Virus record (IMG/VR): IMGVR_UViG_3300025168_013179
Span: 33,787 to 97,786 of that record
Origin: a virus
Reading direction: 5' to 3' (one strand)
Length of the DNA stretch: 64,000 nt
The position numbers and the translations under genes are program-made. Positions 19,562 to 27,040 of the stretch are shown in pieces (position 1 is the first letter of the stretch; every line of letters starts with the position of its first letter). Under the pieces are notes generated by a model. The model searched no databases. It was not told the DNA's origin and saw only the letters and a list, made by a program, of their open reading frames with translations.

Positions 19562-19819
19562 TTATTTCTTAGCTTTAGGCTTGCGACCTCTTCTTTTTCT
19601 GCCTTTTACAGCTTTTACTACGTCTTTAACTTCCGCTTTTACAACCTTTGCTCTAGCTTTAACTTCAGCAACTGTTTCTTTGACGTCTTCTACAGCATCT
19701 TCTACTGCATCAGGGATTAGATCTCCATCGGAGTCTTTAATTTTTCCGGCTTTAACGAAATAGATAGTCACTCCTCCTGAAACGAGCAATATACCTAGAA
19801 TAATAAAAATAGTGTTCAT
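19562..19819 (-). CDS. Small membrane-anchored protein with basic tail
   Basis: N-terminal TM, DSDGDLIPD motif, KGRKRRGRK tail. Confidence 0.65.
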   Translation of the reverse strand: MNTIFIILGILLVSGGVTIYFVKAGKIKDSDGDLIPDAVEDAVEDVKETVAEVKARAKVVKAEVKDVVKAVKGRKRRGRKPKAKK

Positions 19820-19830
19820 AGTAATTGTTT

Positions 19831-20364
19831 TTAATAAATAGATTGTTTAGACATTTTAGTCGGCTGCCAGTAAGTTCCGTATTTTTTTTCCATTCTAAAA
19901 TAGAAATCAGCTAAATCTTTAGCACTAGTATTAAGTACTTCTTTATCGTATTGCTCGCTAGTAATTTTAAACTTAACTAAAAACAGACGTTTAATATCAT
20001 CTAGTTTTCTATCTTCTTCTTTTTCGTGATCTTCTAATAGTCTTTTCATTCTAGCTCTATCTATGGAAGTCTCTTGATGATACTTACTATGATCTACTTC
20101 CCCTCCTGTAGTAATAGCAGATAAGTATTTATCATTCATATTATGCTGTACTAACTCCATCTCCATTAGATAGGGACCTACTTCGAAGTCACCATTGAGA
20201 ATTCTATCTATAAGAGGTTTACGTTTATCGAGAGGTTTATTCTTAGGGGTATAGCTTCTCCACCACATAAATCTATCGTAAGGCTTTTTAAAGTAACGTT
20301 TAGATAAAGTACGTTCTATAAAAGACCTAGTAAATTTAGGCTTCATTGGTAAGATATGTTCCAT
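19831..20364 (-). CDS. Hypothetical protein
   Basis: ORF with upstream promoter. Confidence 0.65.
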   Translation of the reverse strand: MEHILPMKPKFTRSFIERTLSKRYFKKPYDRFMWWRSYTPKNKPLDKRKPLIDRILNGDFEVGPYLMEMELVQHNMNDKYLSAITTGGEVDHSKYHQETSIDRARMKRLLEDHEKEEDRKLDDIKRLFLVKFKITSEQYDKEVLNTSAKDLADFYFRMEKKYGTYWQPTKMSKQSIY

Positions 20365-20398
20365 AAGTAAATATAAGAAAATTTACTCAAATAAACAA

Positions 20399-20908
20399 CT
20401 ATAAAAATTTATATTCAGTAAAGCCGCATTGTCTACTTAATATAGAAGAAGCTCGATTCCAATCATCGTTATATAGGTACTGAATATCTTTATTATAATA
20501 GTCAAAATTATATCTAATTCCTTGACGATAAAATTTAATAGCTGAAGAAGCTTCAGGTTTTTCTTTCGATAAAAATGCTCCACCTGCGTAAATCGTATTA
20601 TCTTCTAAAATACAATTAGAGGATTTCCAGTCTGTAGTTATATGTTTATCGTTAGTCCAGTGCCACCCTAAAGGTTTTTCTTCAAACATCCATAAATGAC
20701 ATACAGAGCCGAATTCAAGTCTTTTTTTAAATTCATCTATATCAGGACAGTCTTTCCATTCCAATTCGTTATTAATTTTCTTTATAACATCAGTAGCATT
20801 AAAATACCATTCTCTATAATGATTTTTAGAAAGAGGTTGAAACCAGTACCTATCGTCGTATTCATAACCACGTTGATCAGATTTATGTAACCTTAATTGT
20901 GTTTTCAT
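20399..20908 (-). CDS. GNAT-fold-like protein
   Basis: C-terminal WNRAS....CGF resembles GNAT motif B. Confidence 0.45.
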   Translation of the reverse strand: MKTQLRLHKSDQRGYEYDDRYWFQPLSKNHYREWYFNATDVIKKINNELEWKDCPDIDEFKKRLEFGSVCHLWMFEEKPLGWHWTNDKHITTDWKSSNCILEDNTIYAGGAFLSKEKPEASSAIKFYRQGIRYNFDYYNKDIQYLYNDDWNRASSILSRQCGFTEYKFL

Positions 20909-21444
20909 TAGTAAAGTGTTTTTCGTTCTTTAAATTTTTTAGTATAGAAAACTATAAGTGATTTACGTCTGCCTTTAGTGACTTTACTAACTGAATGTAT
21001 AGTTTTAGCACCATCATAAATAATATAATCACCAGGTTTGTTTAAATCAGCATTCTTATCTCCTATAATAAGGTCTCCTCCTATACTATTTTTTTCTAGG
21101 ACCAATGATAATGTAGTTCTAGAATTAGTATCAAGATGAGGTTCACCAAAGTCTCCTTTTGAAAATTCAACTGTGTAGATAGATTGTATATCTCTTGTGT
21201 TACCCTTAGTGATATCATGTAATAAACTATTTAAGTTTTTATTCTCTATACTGAAGTGAATTAAGTTAACATTTTGAAATCTAAATCCTTTTTCCTCTGT
21301 TCTTTTTTTATGAAATGGATTAAGAGCATTTCTTCTTTCCATTTCTTCTACACTAGCTAGAGGGGTAATTGATAGTTGATATAAAATACTATCTAATTTT
21401 TCTTTAGATAATTCCTTCTTCATCGCATGCAATTTGAAGTCCAA
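20908..21444 (-). CDS. 2OG-Fe(II) oxygenase
   Basis: HLD, GGDL and HSVSKVTKGRRKS motifs. Confidence 0.8.
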   Translation of the reverse strand: MDFKLHAMKKELSKEKLDSILYQLSITPLASVEEMERRNALNPFHKKRTEEKGFRFQNVNLIHFSIENKNLNSLLHDITKGNTRDIQSIYTVEFSKGDFGEPHLDTNSRTTLSLVLEKNSIGGDLIIGDKNADLNKPGDYIIYDGAKTIHSVSKVTKGRRKSLIVFYTKKFKERKTLY

Positions 21445-21625
21445 CTAAAAGAGAAGCTCCATTATACTCTTTTTGAACTTCTGCTGCTCTTTCAGTTACT
21501 GTAGCTATCTTTCCGGCACCAACTGCTGATGCTATCAATTCTAATATTTCTTTTTCTCTTTTCTCTTCAGGACATAGTAAATTTGATGTAGGATTTTCTA
21601 AGTACTTTTTTACTGAATCACTCAT
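21404..21625 (-). CDS. Hypothetical protein
   Basis: Coupled ORF. Confidence 0.5.
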   Translation of the reverse strand: MSDSVKKYLENPTSNLLCPEEKREKEILELIASAVGAGKIATVTERAAEVQKEYNGASLLVGLQIACDEEGII

Positions 21626-22242
21626 TATATAATTGTTTTAGGTTTAATTGGTTTTCTATATTTCTTACTAGGGTGAAGCATATCTCTTAATTTTACTTTA
21701 TCTAAATCTAAATCAATTTGATCTACAATGCTATTAAAAACAGTTATATCTTCTGAGTATAAGTCTTCATATAGAATATACGATTTTTTATTCAAATAAG
21801 CAACTGCCTTAACTTCTTCTACACATTTAGTCATATGTTCAACAACCCATTTATCCATAGTGATATTTAATGGATTAAAAGTATAGCTCATATGCCATTT
21901 AGACACTGTAGGGTATTTCGCATTTTTGAGTTCTTTGTTATTTATAGCCCATTGAAAACTTTCTATAGCAAGCTTAGCATTTTTTCTAGTTAAGTAAATT
22001 ACTTTATCAAATTTACTTATATAGTTCAAATACCATTTACGAGGTCTATGAACACTTAAAACCTTAACAATTTTATTATTCGAAATATTGTTGCCTTTAT
22101 TATTTATCTGGTCTTCGGTTAAGCCTTTTATATTTAACGGATTGAAAGGTTCTAAAGAGAATTTAAATTTAAGTAACTTAGCTAAAGCATAAGTAAGTTC
22201 GGTAGAACCTGATCTAGGCGATGCAAAAATTAAGATTTTCAT
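21625..22242 (-). CDS. Sulfotransferase-like P-loop protein
   Basis: PRSGST 5'-PSB motif, EPF, LTRKN and YEDL. Confidence 0.7.
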   Translation of the reverse strand: MKILIFASPRSGSTELTYALAKLLKFKFSLEPFNPLNIKGLTEDQINNKGNNISNNKIVKVLSVHRPRKWYLNYISKFDKVIYLTRKNAKLAIESFQWAINNKELKNAKYPTVSKWHMSYTFNPLNITMDKWVVEHMTKCVEEVKAVAYLNKKSYILYEDLYSEDITVFNSIVDQIDLDLDKVKLRDMLHPSKKYRKPIKPKTII

Positions 22243-22775
22243 AAAAAAGTATCTTTAAATATGCTCTTAAATTCTTCGTAACCATTAGCAGCATTTTCTT
22301 TCCATTTATCAATGTCACCATCATCACTAACCCATTTGTAACTGTGACAAAAAACTCTAGCTGTTTGACATGCTTTAGCAATACCGTACAACTCCATATC
22401 AACAATATCTATATCGTCTCTATAATGAAAAGTATTAGATTGTGCTTTTTTACTTTTATCATAGAAATGATCAGTAGTACAGCAAATTATATCTCCTTTG
22501 CCTTGTAAAGTTATATCTACATCGTTAGTTAAATTCATTACGTCTAAATCATTAATGACTTTACCTATCTTAAACACCTCTCCTATAGGAATATCTTTAA
22601 CAGCCCCGCAAGAGCCAAAGTTTACTACTAATTCTGGTTTATGAATATTAATTAGTCTTGCTGTTTCTACAGCTGCATTGACTTTACCGATACCGGTAAT
22701 ATGTATTTCGTTATCAAACAAATAAGAATCGCCATGTTCTAGATCTGTAGCTGATAGTAGTAAAATTCTACTCAT
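22239..22775 (-). CDS. MTA/SAH nucleosidase / nucleoside phosphorylase family
   Basis: GIGKVNAA, NFGSCG, DME and KWVSD motifs. Confidence 0.85.
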   Translation of the reverse strand: MSRILLLSATDLEHGDSYLFDNEIHITGIGKVNAAVETARLINIHKPELVVNFGSCGAVKDIPIGEVFKIGKVINDLDVMNLTNDVDITLQGKGDIICCTTDHFYDKSKKAQSNTFHYRDDIDIVDMELYGIAKACQTARVFCHSYKWVSDDGDIDKWKENAANGYEEFKSIFKDTFL

Positions 22776-23247
22776 ACTTAATTAAAGACTTTACGTTAGA
22801 ATCTGCTATTCCTATATCAATTAAACAGACCTTGCCGATCACATCATAGCCACACGTATACGCAAGCTCTTCCGCTGCCTCCATTGTACCTCCAGTAGCA
22901 AATACATCATCGACTAGCACTATAGAACCAGAACCAGGGGCCATCTCTAATGAACCAGAAGCATATTCATATTGATAGTCTAAAGTAAATAGATTTTTAT
23001 CTGGCAGTTTACCAGGTTTTCTTATTAACTTAACTCCTCCTTGTCTCATAGCAGCTATACCGGCTGCAAATAAAAATCCTCTTGATTCGATTCCTACCCA
23101 GTAATCAGGGGATTCATCCATCGAGCTCATTTGCATGCAAGCATGTGTAAAAGCATCTGAGTTAGCTAATAAAGGTTGAATGTCTCTATATACTATTCCG
23201 TCTACAGGATAGTCGTATATTTTTTTAATGTATTTTTTTAGGTCCAT
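22768..23247 (-). CDS. apt: Adenine phosphoribosyltransferase
   Basis: ESRGF, RKPGKLP, YQYEY and VDDVFATGGT motifs. Confidence 0.9.
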   Translation of the reverse strand: MDLKKYIKKIYDYPVDGIVYRDIQPLLANSDAFTHACMQMSSMDESPDYWVGIESRGFLFAAGIAAMRQGGVKLIRKPGKLPDKNLFTLDYQYEYASGSLEMAPGSGSIVLVDDVFATGGTMEAAEELAYTCGYDVIGKVCLIDIGIADSNVKSLIKYE

Positions 23248-23271
23248 ACTATAATATATGAAAATATTAAG

Positions 23272-23955
23272 TTATATCAAACTGTTATTAATAAGTAAAT
23301 CATAATTATTTTTAACTCCTATCATATTTAAGTTATACTCTTTTGCTAATATTGTAACAGCAGTTCCTTCCCCAAACCCTATACCATTCTTAGCATACCT
23401 ACTTAAATAGGTTCTAGACCAATCAGCTGTTTCAGAGTTAAAAATGCCTTCAATGTGGGCTTGTAACTCTTTACTACGGCACGCGATCTCTATAGTTTTT
23501 GATGAATATGGAAAAGAAAGAAAAGCTTCGGTTATATAATTGAATGGTTTATCTAATCCATGCTCGGTCATAAATGCAAAATACTCTTTATACGCATTAT
23601 TCCGTCCTTTAAGTCTATTTAACTTTGTTAAATGTTTAGGTATAATAACAGATGAGTAAAAAGCAGAGTCGTTCTCTACTATCAGCTTATTAAAATTAAC
23701 TCTCAGAAAATCAGCATCAACATAATTTACTCTCTCTTTATACTCCAGCAATAGCTTAAATAAGAACGTTAACTTTGAATAGTAACTAAATTGAGATCTT
23801 CCTATTACCTCCTCATATTGGTAACTAATACAATTATCGAAATATTGCGGTTGGTCGGTTAGTACGTGAACGGTATCAATTTTACCTACTTTATTAATCT
23901 CTTTACCAAACCTTTTTATAAACTCTGCACCATGACAGACAGTTGCGTATAACAT
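23272..23955 (-). CDS. Hypothetical protein, possible GT-A fold
   Basis: VLTD and YVDAD motifs. Confidence 0.45.
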   Translation of the reverse strand: MLYATVCHGAEFIKRFGKEINKVGKIDTVHVLTDQPQYFDNCISYQYEEVIGRSQFSYYSKLTFLFKLLLEYKERVNYVDADFLRVNFNKLIVENDSAFYSSVIIPKHLTKLNRLKGRNNAYKEYFAFMTEHGLDKPFNYITEAFLSFPYSSKTIEIACRSKELQAHIEGIFNSETADWSRTYLSRYAKNGIGFGEGTAVTILAKEYNLNMIGVKNNYDLLINNSLI

Positions 23956-24023
23956 ATATAATAAATAGAAAATTTATTGAGACTACCAAACTTTTTAACA
24001 CTTTTTTTTATATTTATTAAAAT

Positions 24024-24254
24024 ATGGGAAGTATTATTGATTTAATAGATTTGTTTAACGAAGATAGAGGTGATTCTATCTTTTACTTCTTTGCTGGTTG
24101 TATGGTTGCTATAATTATTTCTGCTTGGTGGCTTGCAAAACGCTCTTTTGATAACCCTGAAAATACTTTCCATAGATATTTCGATGAAAATGGAGATGAA
24201 TTTGTAAAAAATAAAAAGGGTAAATTAATAAAAAAACCCCACCGATTAGGGTAG
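24024..24254 (+). CDS. Small single-TM protein; the only convincing plus-strand gene
   Basis: Intergenic ORF with TATTTAT motif just upstream; ends in the terminator hairpin. Confidence 0.6.
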   Translation: MGSIIDLIDLFNEDRGDSIFYFFAGCMVAIIISAWWLAKRSFDNPENTFHRYFDENGDEFVKNKKGKLIKKPHRLG

Positions 24255-24258
24255 GGTT
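24229..24258 (-). terminator. Intrinsic terminator for the groES-groEL-hc1 transcript
   Basis: AACCCUACC-CUAAUC-GGUGGGGUU followed by U-run. Confidence 0.75.
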
Positions 24259-24266
24259 AGTTCAAA

Positions 24267-24312
24267 ATGCGCGTGGCGACTTCGTCGAGAGAGAAAAACG
24301 CCCTCCCTACGC
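24267..24312 (-). ncRNA. Candidate three-way-junction structured RNA in a 3' UTR
   Basis: GCGU/ACGC closing stem, AGGGAG/CUCUCU stem with G-U, CGAC-GAA-GUCG hairpin; GC-rich. Confidence 0.45.
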
Positions 24313-24474
24313 TTTAGTAGCCTCCATATTAGCCTTTTTGTAAGGCGTAATTAATTTTTTGATCTCTCCTGCTGCTTTTCTAGCTCTTGCTTGAGATGCT
24401 TTAGTAGATCCGGAGTTGTTCTCCTCTAAGATAGCAAACTGAGTTGCTAATTGTTCAAATAATTCGTCTTTCAT
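24307..24474 (-). CDS. Histone H1-like (Hc1-type) small protein, 55 aa, absent from ORF track
   Basis: MKDELFEQLATQFAILEENNSGSTKASQARARKAAGEIKKLITPYKKANMEATKA; KA..RARK motif. Confidence 0.75.
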   Translation of the reverse strand: MKDELFEQLATQFAILEENNSGSTKASQARARKAAGEIKKLITPYKKANMEATKA

Positions 24475-24496
24475 AATTTAATTTAATTGTGCTAGT

Positions 24497-26140
24497 TTAT
24501 CCTAATAGCATACTAGGATCGATACCAGCTGGTTTATCGTCTTTATCTTCAGGGTTTTTAGTTACTACTGCCTCAGTAATAAGTAAGGTTCCTGCCACAG
24601 ATGCAGCATTTTCTAATGCCAATCTGGTTACTTTAGTTGGGTCTATAATACCTGCTTCAAACATATTAACTATTTCTTTGATTCTAGGATTATATCCTTC
24701 CCATTCGTTACCGTTATCTTTAATCTCTGCTTCTATATCGTGTATGTCTTCTATCTCTATACCTGCGTTTGTAAGTATCTTTTCAAAAGGTTTCTCACAA
24801 GCATTTATAACAATATCATAACCGGTAGAAATATGTTCATTGCTATCCTCTGGAATATTATGTATTATTTGCATTGCTGCGTTTAGTAGAGCAATTCCTC
24901 CCCCGGGTAGAATACCTTCTTCCAATGCTGCTTTTGTAGCATGTAAAGCATCTTCGACTCTATCCTTTTTCTCTTTCATCTCTATCTCTGTATGACCTCC
25001 TACATGAACGATAGCTACTCCTCCAATGAACTTGGCTAATCTATTTTGTAGATTCTCTTTTTCAAATGGTGATGTAGATTCATCTATTTGAGTTTTTATC
25101 TCTTCTACCTTCTGTGTAATTTTATCTTCTTCTCCTTTAGCGTCTATAATAGTAGTAAATTCTTTAGAAATAGTAGCTTTATTAGCTTTACCCAACCATT
25201 TAGTATCAAATTTATCTAACCTCATACCTTTCTCAGAAGAAACAACTTGTCCACCAGTTAAAATAGCTATATCCTCCATGATAGCTTTTTTTCTATCACC
25301 GAATTCTGGTGCTTTAACTGCAGCACATGCTAGGATACCTCTCATTTTATTTACTACTAATGTAGATAGTGCTTCTCCATCTATATCGTCAGCAATAATT
25401 AATAATGACTTATTTTGTTGAGAAACAGCCTCCAAGATAGGAAGTAACTCTTTGACCTGATTTAGTCTTTTATCGACTATAAGAACGAAAGGTTCTTTCA
25501 GTACTGCTGTCATAGAGTTATTATCAGTAACAAAATATGGAGACTTATAACCTCTGTCGAACTGCATTCCTTCAACCGTCTCTAAGTACGTTTCTCCGGT
25601 TTTCGACTCTTCTATCGTAACTACTCCATCTCTTCCTACCTTGTCCATGGCTGTTGAAATTAATTCACCAACTTCTGTGTCATTATTAGCAGATATTGTA
25701 GCAATTTGTTTTAATTGCGCCTCATCTGTAATTTCTTTTGAATACCCTTCAAGGTACTCTACTACTTTTTTAGTAGCTTCATCAATACCTTTTTTGATTT
25801 CTACTGCGTTTGATCCTGCTTCCAGTCTCTCTAAACCTTCTGCTAATATAGATTGTGCTAATAATGTAGAGGTAGTAGTACCATCCCCGGCATAATCAGC
25901 TGTTTTAATAGCAGCTTGTTTTACAATTTGAGCTCCTAAGTTTTGTATTTTATCTTCTAAAACAATTGATTTAGCTACTGTAACTCCATCTTTTGTAGAT
26001 ATAGGATTACCCATATCTTGTTCTATAATAACATTACGTCCAGAAGGACCTAAAGTTGCAGTAACTGCATCAGCTAGTTTATTTACCCCGTTAGATAATT
26101 CTATCCTTGCAGGGTTTGCAAATGTAATTTTTTTACTCAT
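24497..26140 (-). CDS. groEL: Chaperonin GroEL
   Basis: TLGPSGRNV, GDGTTT, EGMQFDRGY and GIIDPTKV motifs. Confidence 0.98.
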   Translation of the reverse strand: MSKKITFANPARIELSNGVNKLADAVTATLGPSGRNVIIEQDMGNPISTKDGVTVAKSIVLEDKIQNLGAQIVKQAAIKTADYAGDGTTTSTLLAQSILAEGLERLEAGSNAVEIKKGIDEATKKVVEYLEGYSKEITDEAQLKQIATISANNDTEVGELISTAMDKVGRDGVVTIEESKTGETYLETVEGMQFDRGYKSPYFVTDNNSMTAVLKEPFVLIVDKRLNQVKELLPILEAVSQQNKSLLIIADDIDGEALSTLVVNKMRGILACAAVKAPEFGDRKKAIMEDIAILTGGQVVSSEKGMRLDKFDTKWLGKANKATISKEFTTIIDAKGEEDKITQKVEEIKTQIDESTSPFEKENLQNRLAKFIGGVAIVHVGGHTEIEMKEKKDRVEDALHATKAALEEGILPGGGIALLNAAMQIIHNIPEDSNEHISTGYDIVINACEKPFEKILTNAGIEIEDIHDIEAEIKDNGNEWEGYNPRIKEIVNMFEAGIIDPTKVTRLALENAASVAGTLLITEAVVTKNPEDKDDKPAGIDPSMLLG

Positions 26141-26142
26141 GA

Positions 26143-26463
26143 TTATATGTCGTTATGTTTAGTTTCTTCCCTAATAACAGCTAGTATTTCTCTATCTTGA
26201 GCTACTAAATACTCTTCACCTTCAAAATCTATTCTTAAAGTACCTAATTTAGGAACTAAGACAGTATCTCCTACATGACACGATCTAATAGGAATCATTT
26301 TACCGTATTCAGATAATCTACCAGACCCGATGGCTACTACTGTACCCATTTCTGGTTTTTCTTTTCCTAAATCTGGTATTACTATGGATCCGTAGGTTTG
26401 TTCTCCTTCATCTAAAGGTTTAATCAGTACTCTATCATTAGAGGGTATTAATTTTTTAGTCAT
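26143..26463 (-). CDS. groES: Co-chaperonin GroES
   Basis: P.NDRVLI, GSIVIPD and GTVVAIGSG motifs. Confidence 0.95.
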   Translation of the reverse strand: MTKKLIPSNDRVLIKPLDEGEQTYGSIVIPDLGKEKPEMGTVVAIGSGRLSEYGKMIPIRSCHVGDTVLVPKLGTLRIDFEGEEYLVAQDREILAVIREETKHNDI

Positions 26464-26482
26464 AACTTATTTATTTATTATT

Positions 26483-26512
26483 AATATAAGATTAATTTAT
26501 TTAAGAGGCAAC
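26483..26512 (-). promoter_or_regulatory. groES-groEL promoter
   Basis: GTTG-N18-CTTATATT. Confidence 0.7.
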
Positions 26513-26528
26513 TCGAGAGCGGGAAAGT

Positions 26529-26942
26529 TTAGCTAATTTTCAAAGTTTTTGGTTCTGATCCTTTAGCAAAAGGAATAATAACTTGTAATAGTCCGTTTTT
26601 AAATTCAGCTGTAGCTTTACTTAAGTTAAACTTACTATCTATCTTCCAACCTAAGTTGAATGATCTTTTAGCGATGCCTTTGTGAATATACTTTCCAGTA
26701 TTATCATCGCCGTCTGGTTTATCGTAATTTACTCTAATTATATTACCTTCTATTTGAATATCGATATCTTCTTTTGAGATCCCGGTACAAGCTATATCTA
26801 AGCCTAAACCTATTTCTTTTTCGTAAATATCTACTGGGTGAGGTAATTTGGATTCTGCCAACGGTCTGTAAGTGTTGGCGTCTTGGAAAAAATTTCTTAC
26901 TAAAATGTCGAACGGATTACGTTCATAAAATAATGTACTCAT
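26529..26942 (-). CDS. Small heat-shock protein Hsp20
   Basis: PVDIYE, YIHKGIAKRSF and AEFKNGLL motifs. Confidence 0.92.
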   Translation of the reverse strand: MSTLFYERNPFDILVRNFFQDANTYRPLAESKLPHPVDIYEKEIGLGLDIACTGISKEDIDIQIEGNIIRVNYDKPDGDDNTGKYIHKGIAKRSFNLGWKIDSKFNLSKATAEFKNGLLQVIIPFAKGSEPKTLKIS

Positions 26943-27040
26943 ATCATTGTGTTTTGTGAGTGCCTAAGCTACTCGGTTAATAAAAATTAAAATCGCTCTC
27001 GAGTCGATTCTCTTTATAATAAATATCTCTATTTTTAGTT

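Noticed and set aside
24489-25895. Plus-strand ORFs antisense to groEL, and similar short antisense ORFs elsewhere
   Set aside because: Shadow ORFs of conserved genes with no promoter or protein features
26958-26974. CIRCE-like TTAGGCACTC upstream of hsp20
   Set aside because: Only a degenerate half-site without the 9-bp spacer arrangement; better explained as an RNA hairpin
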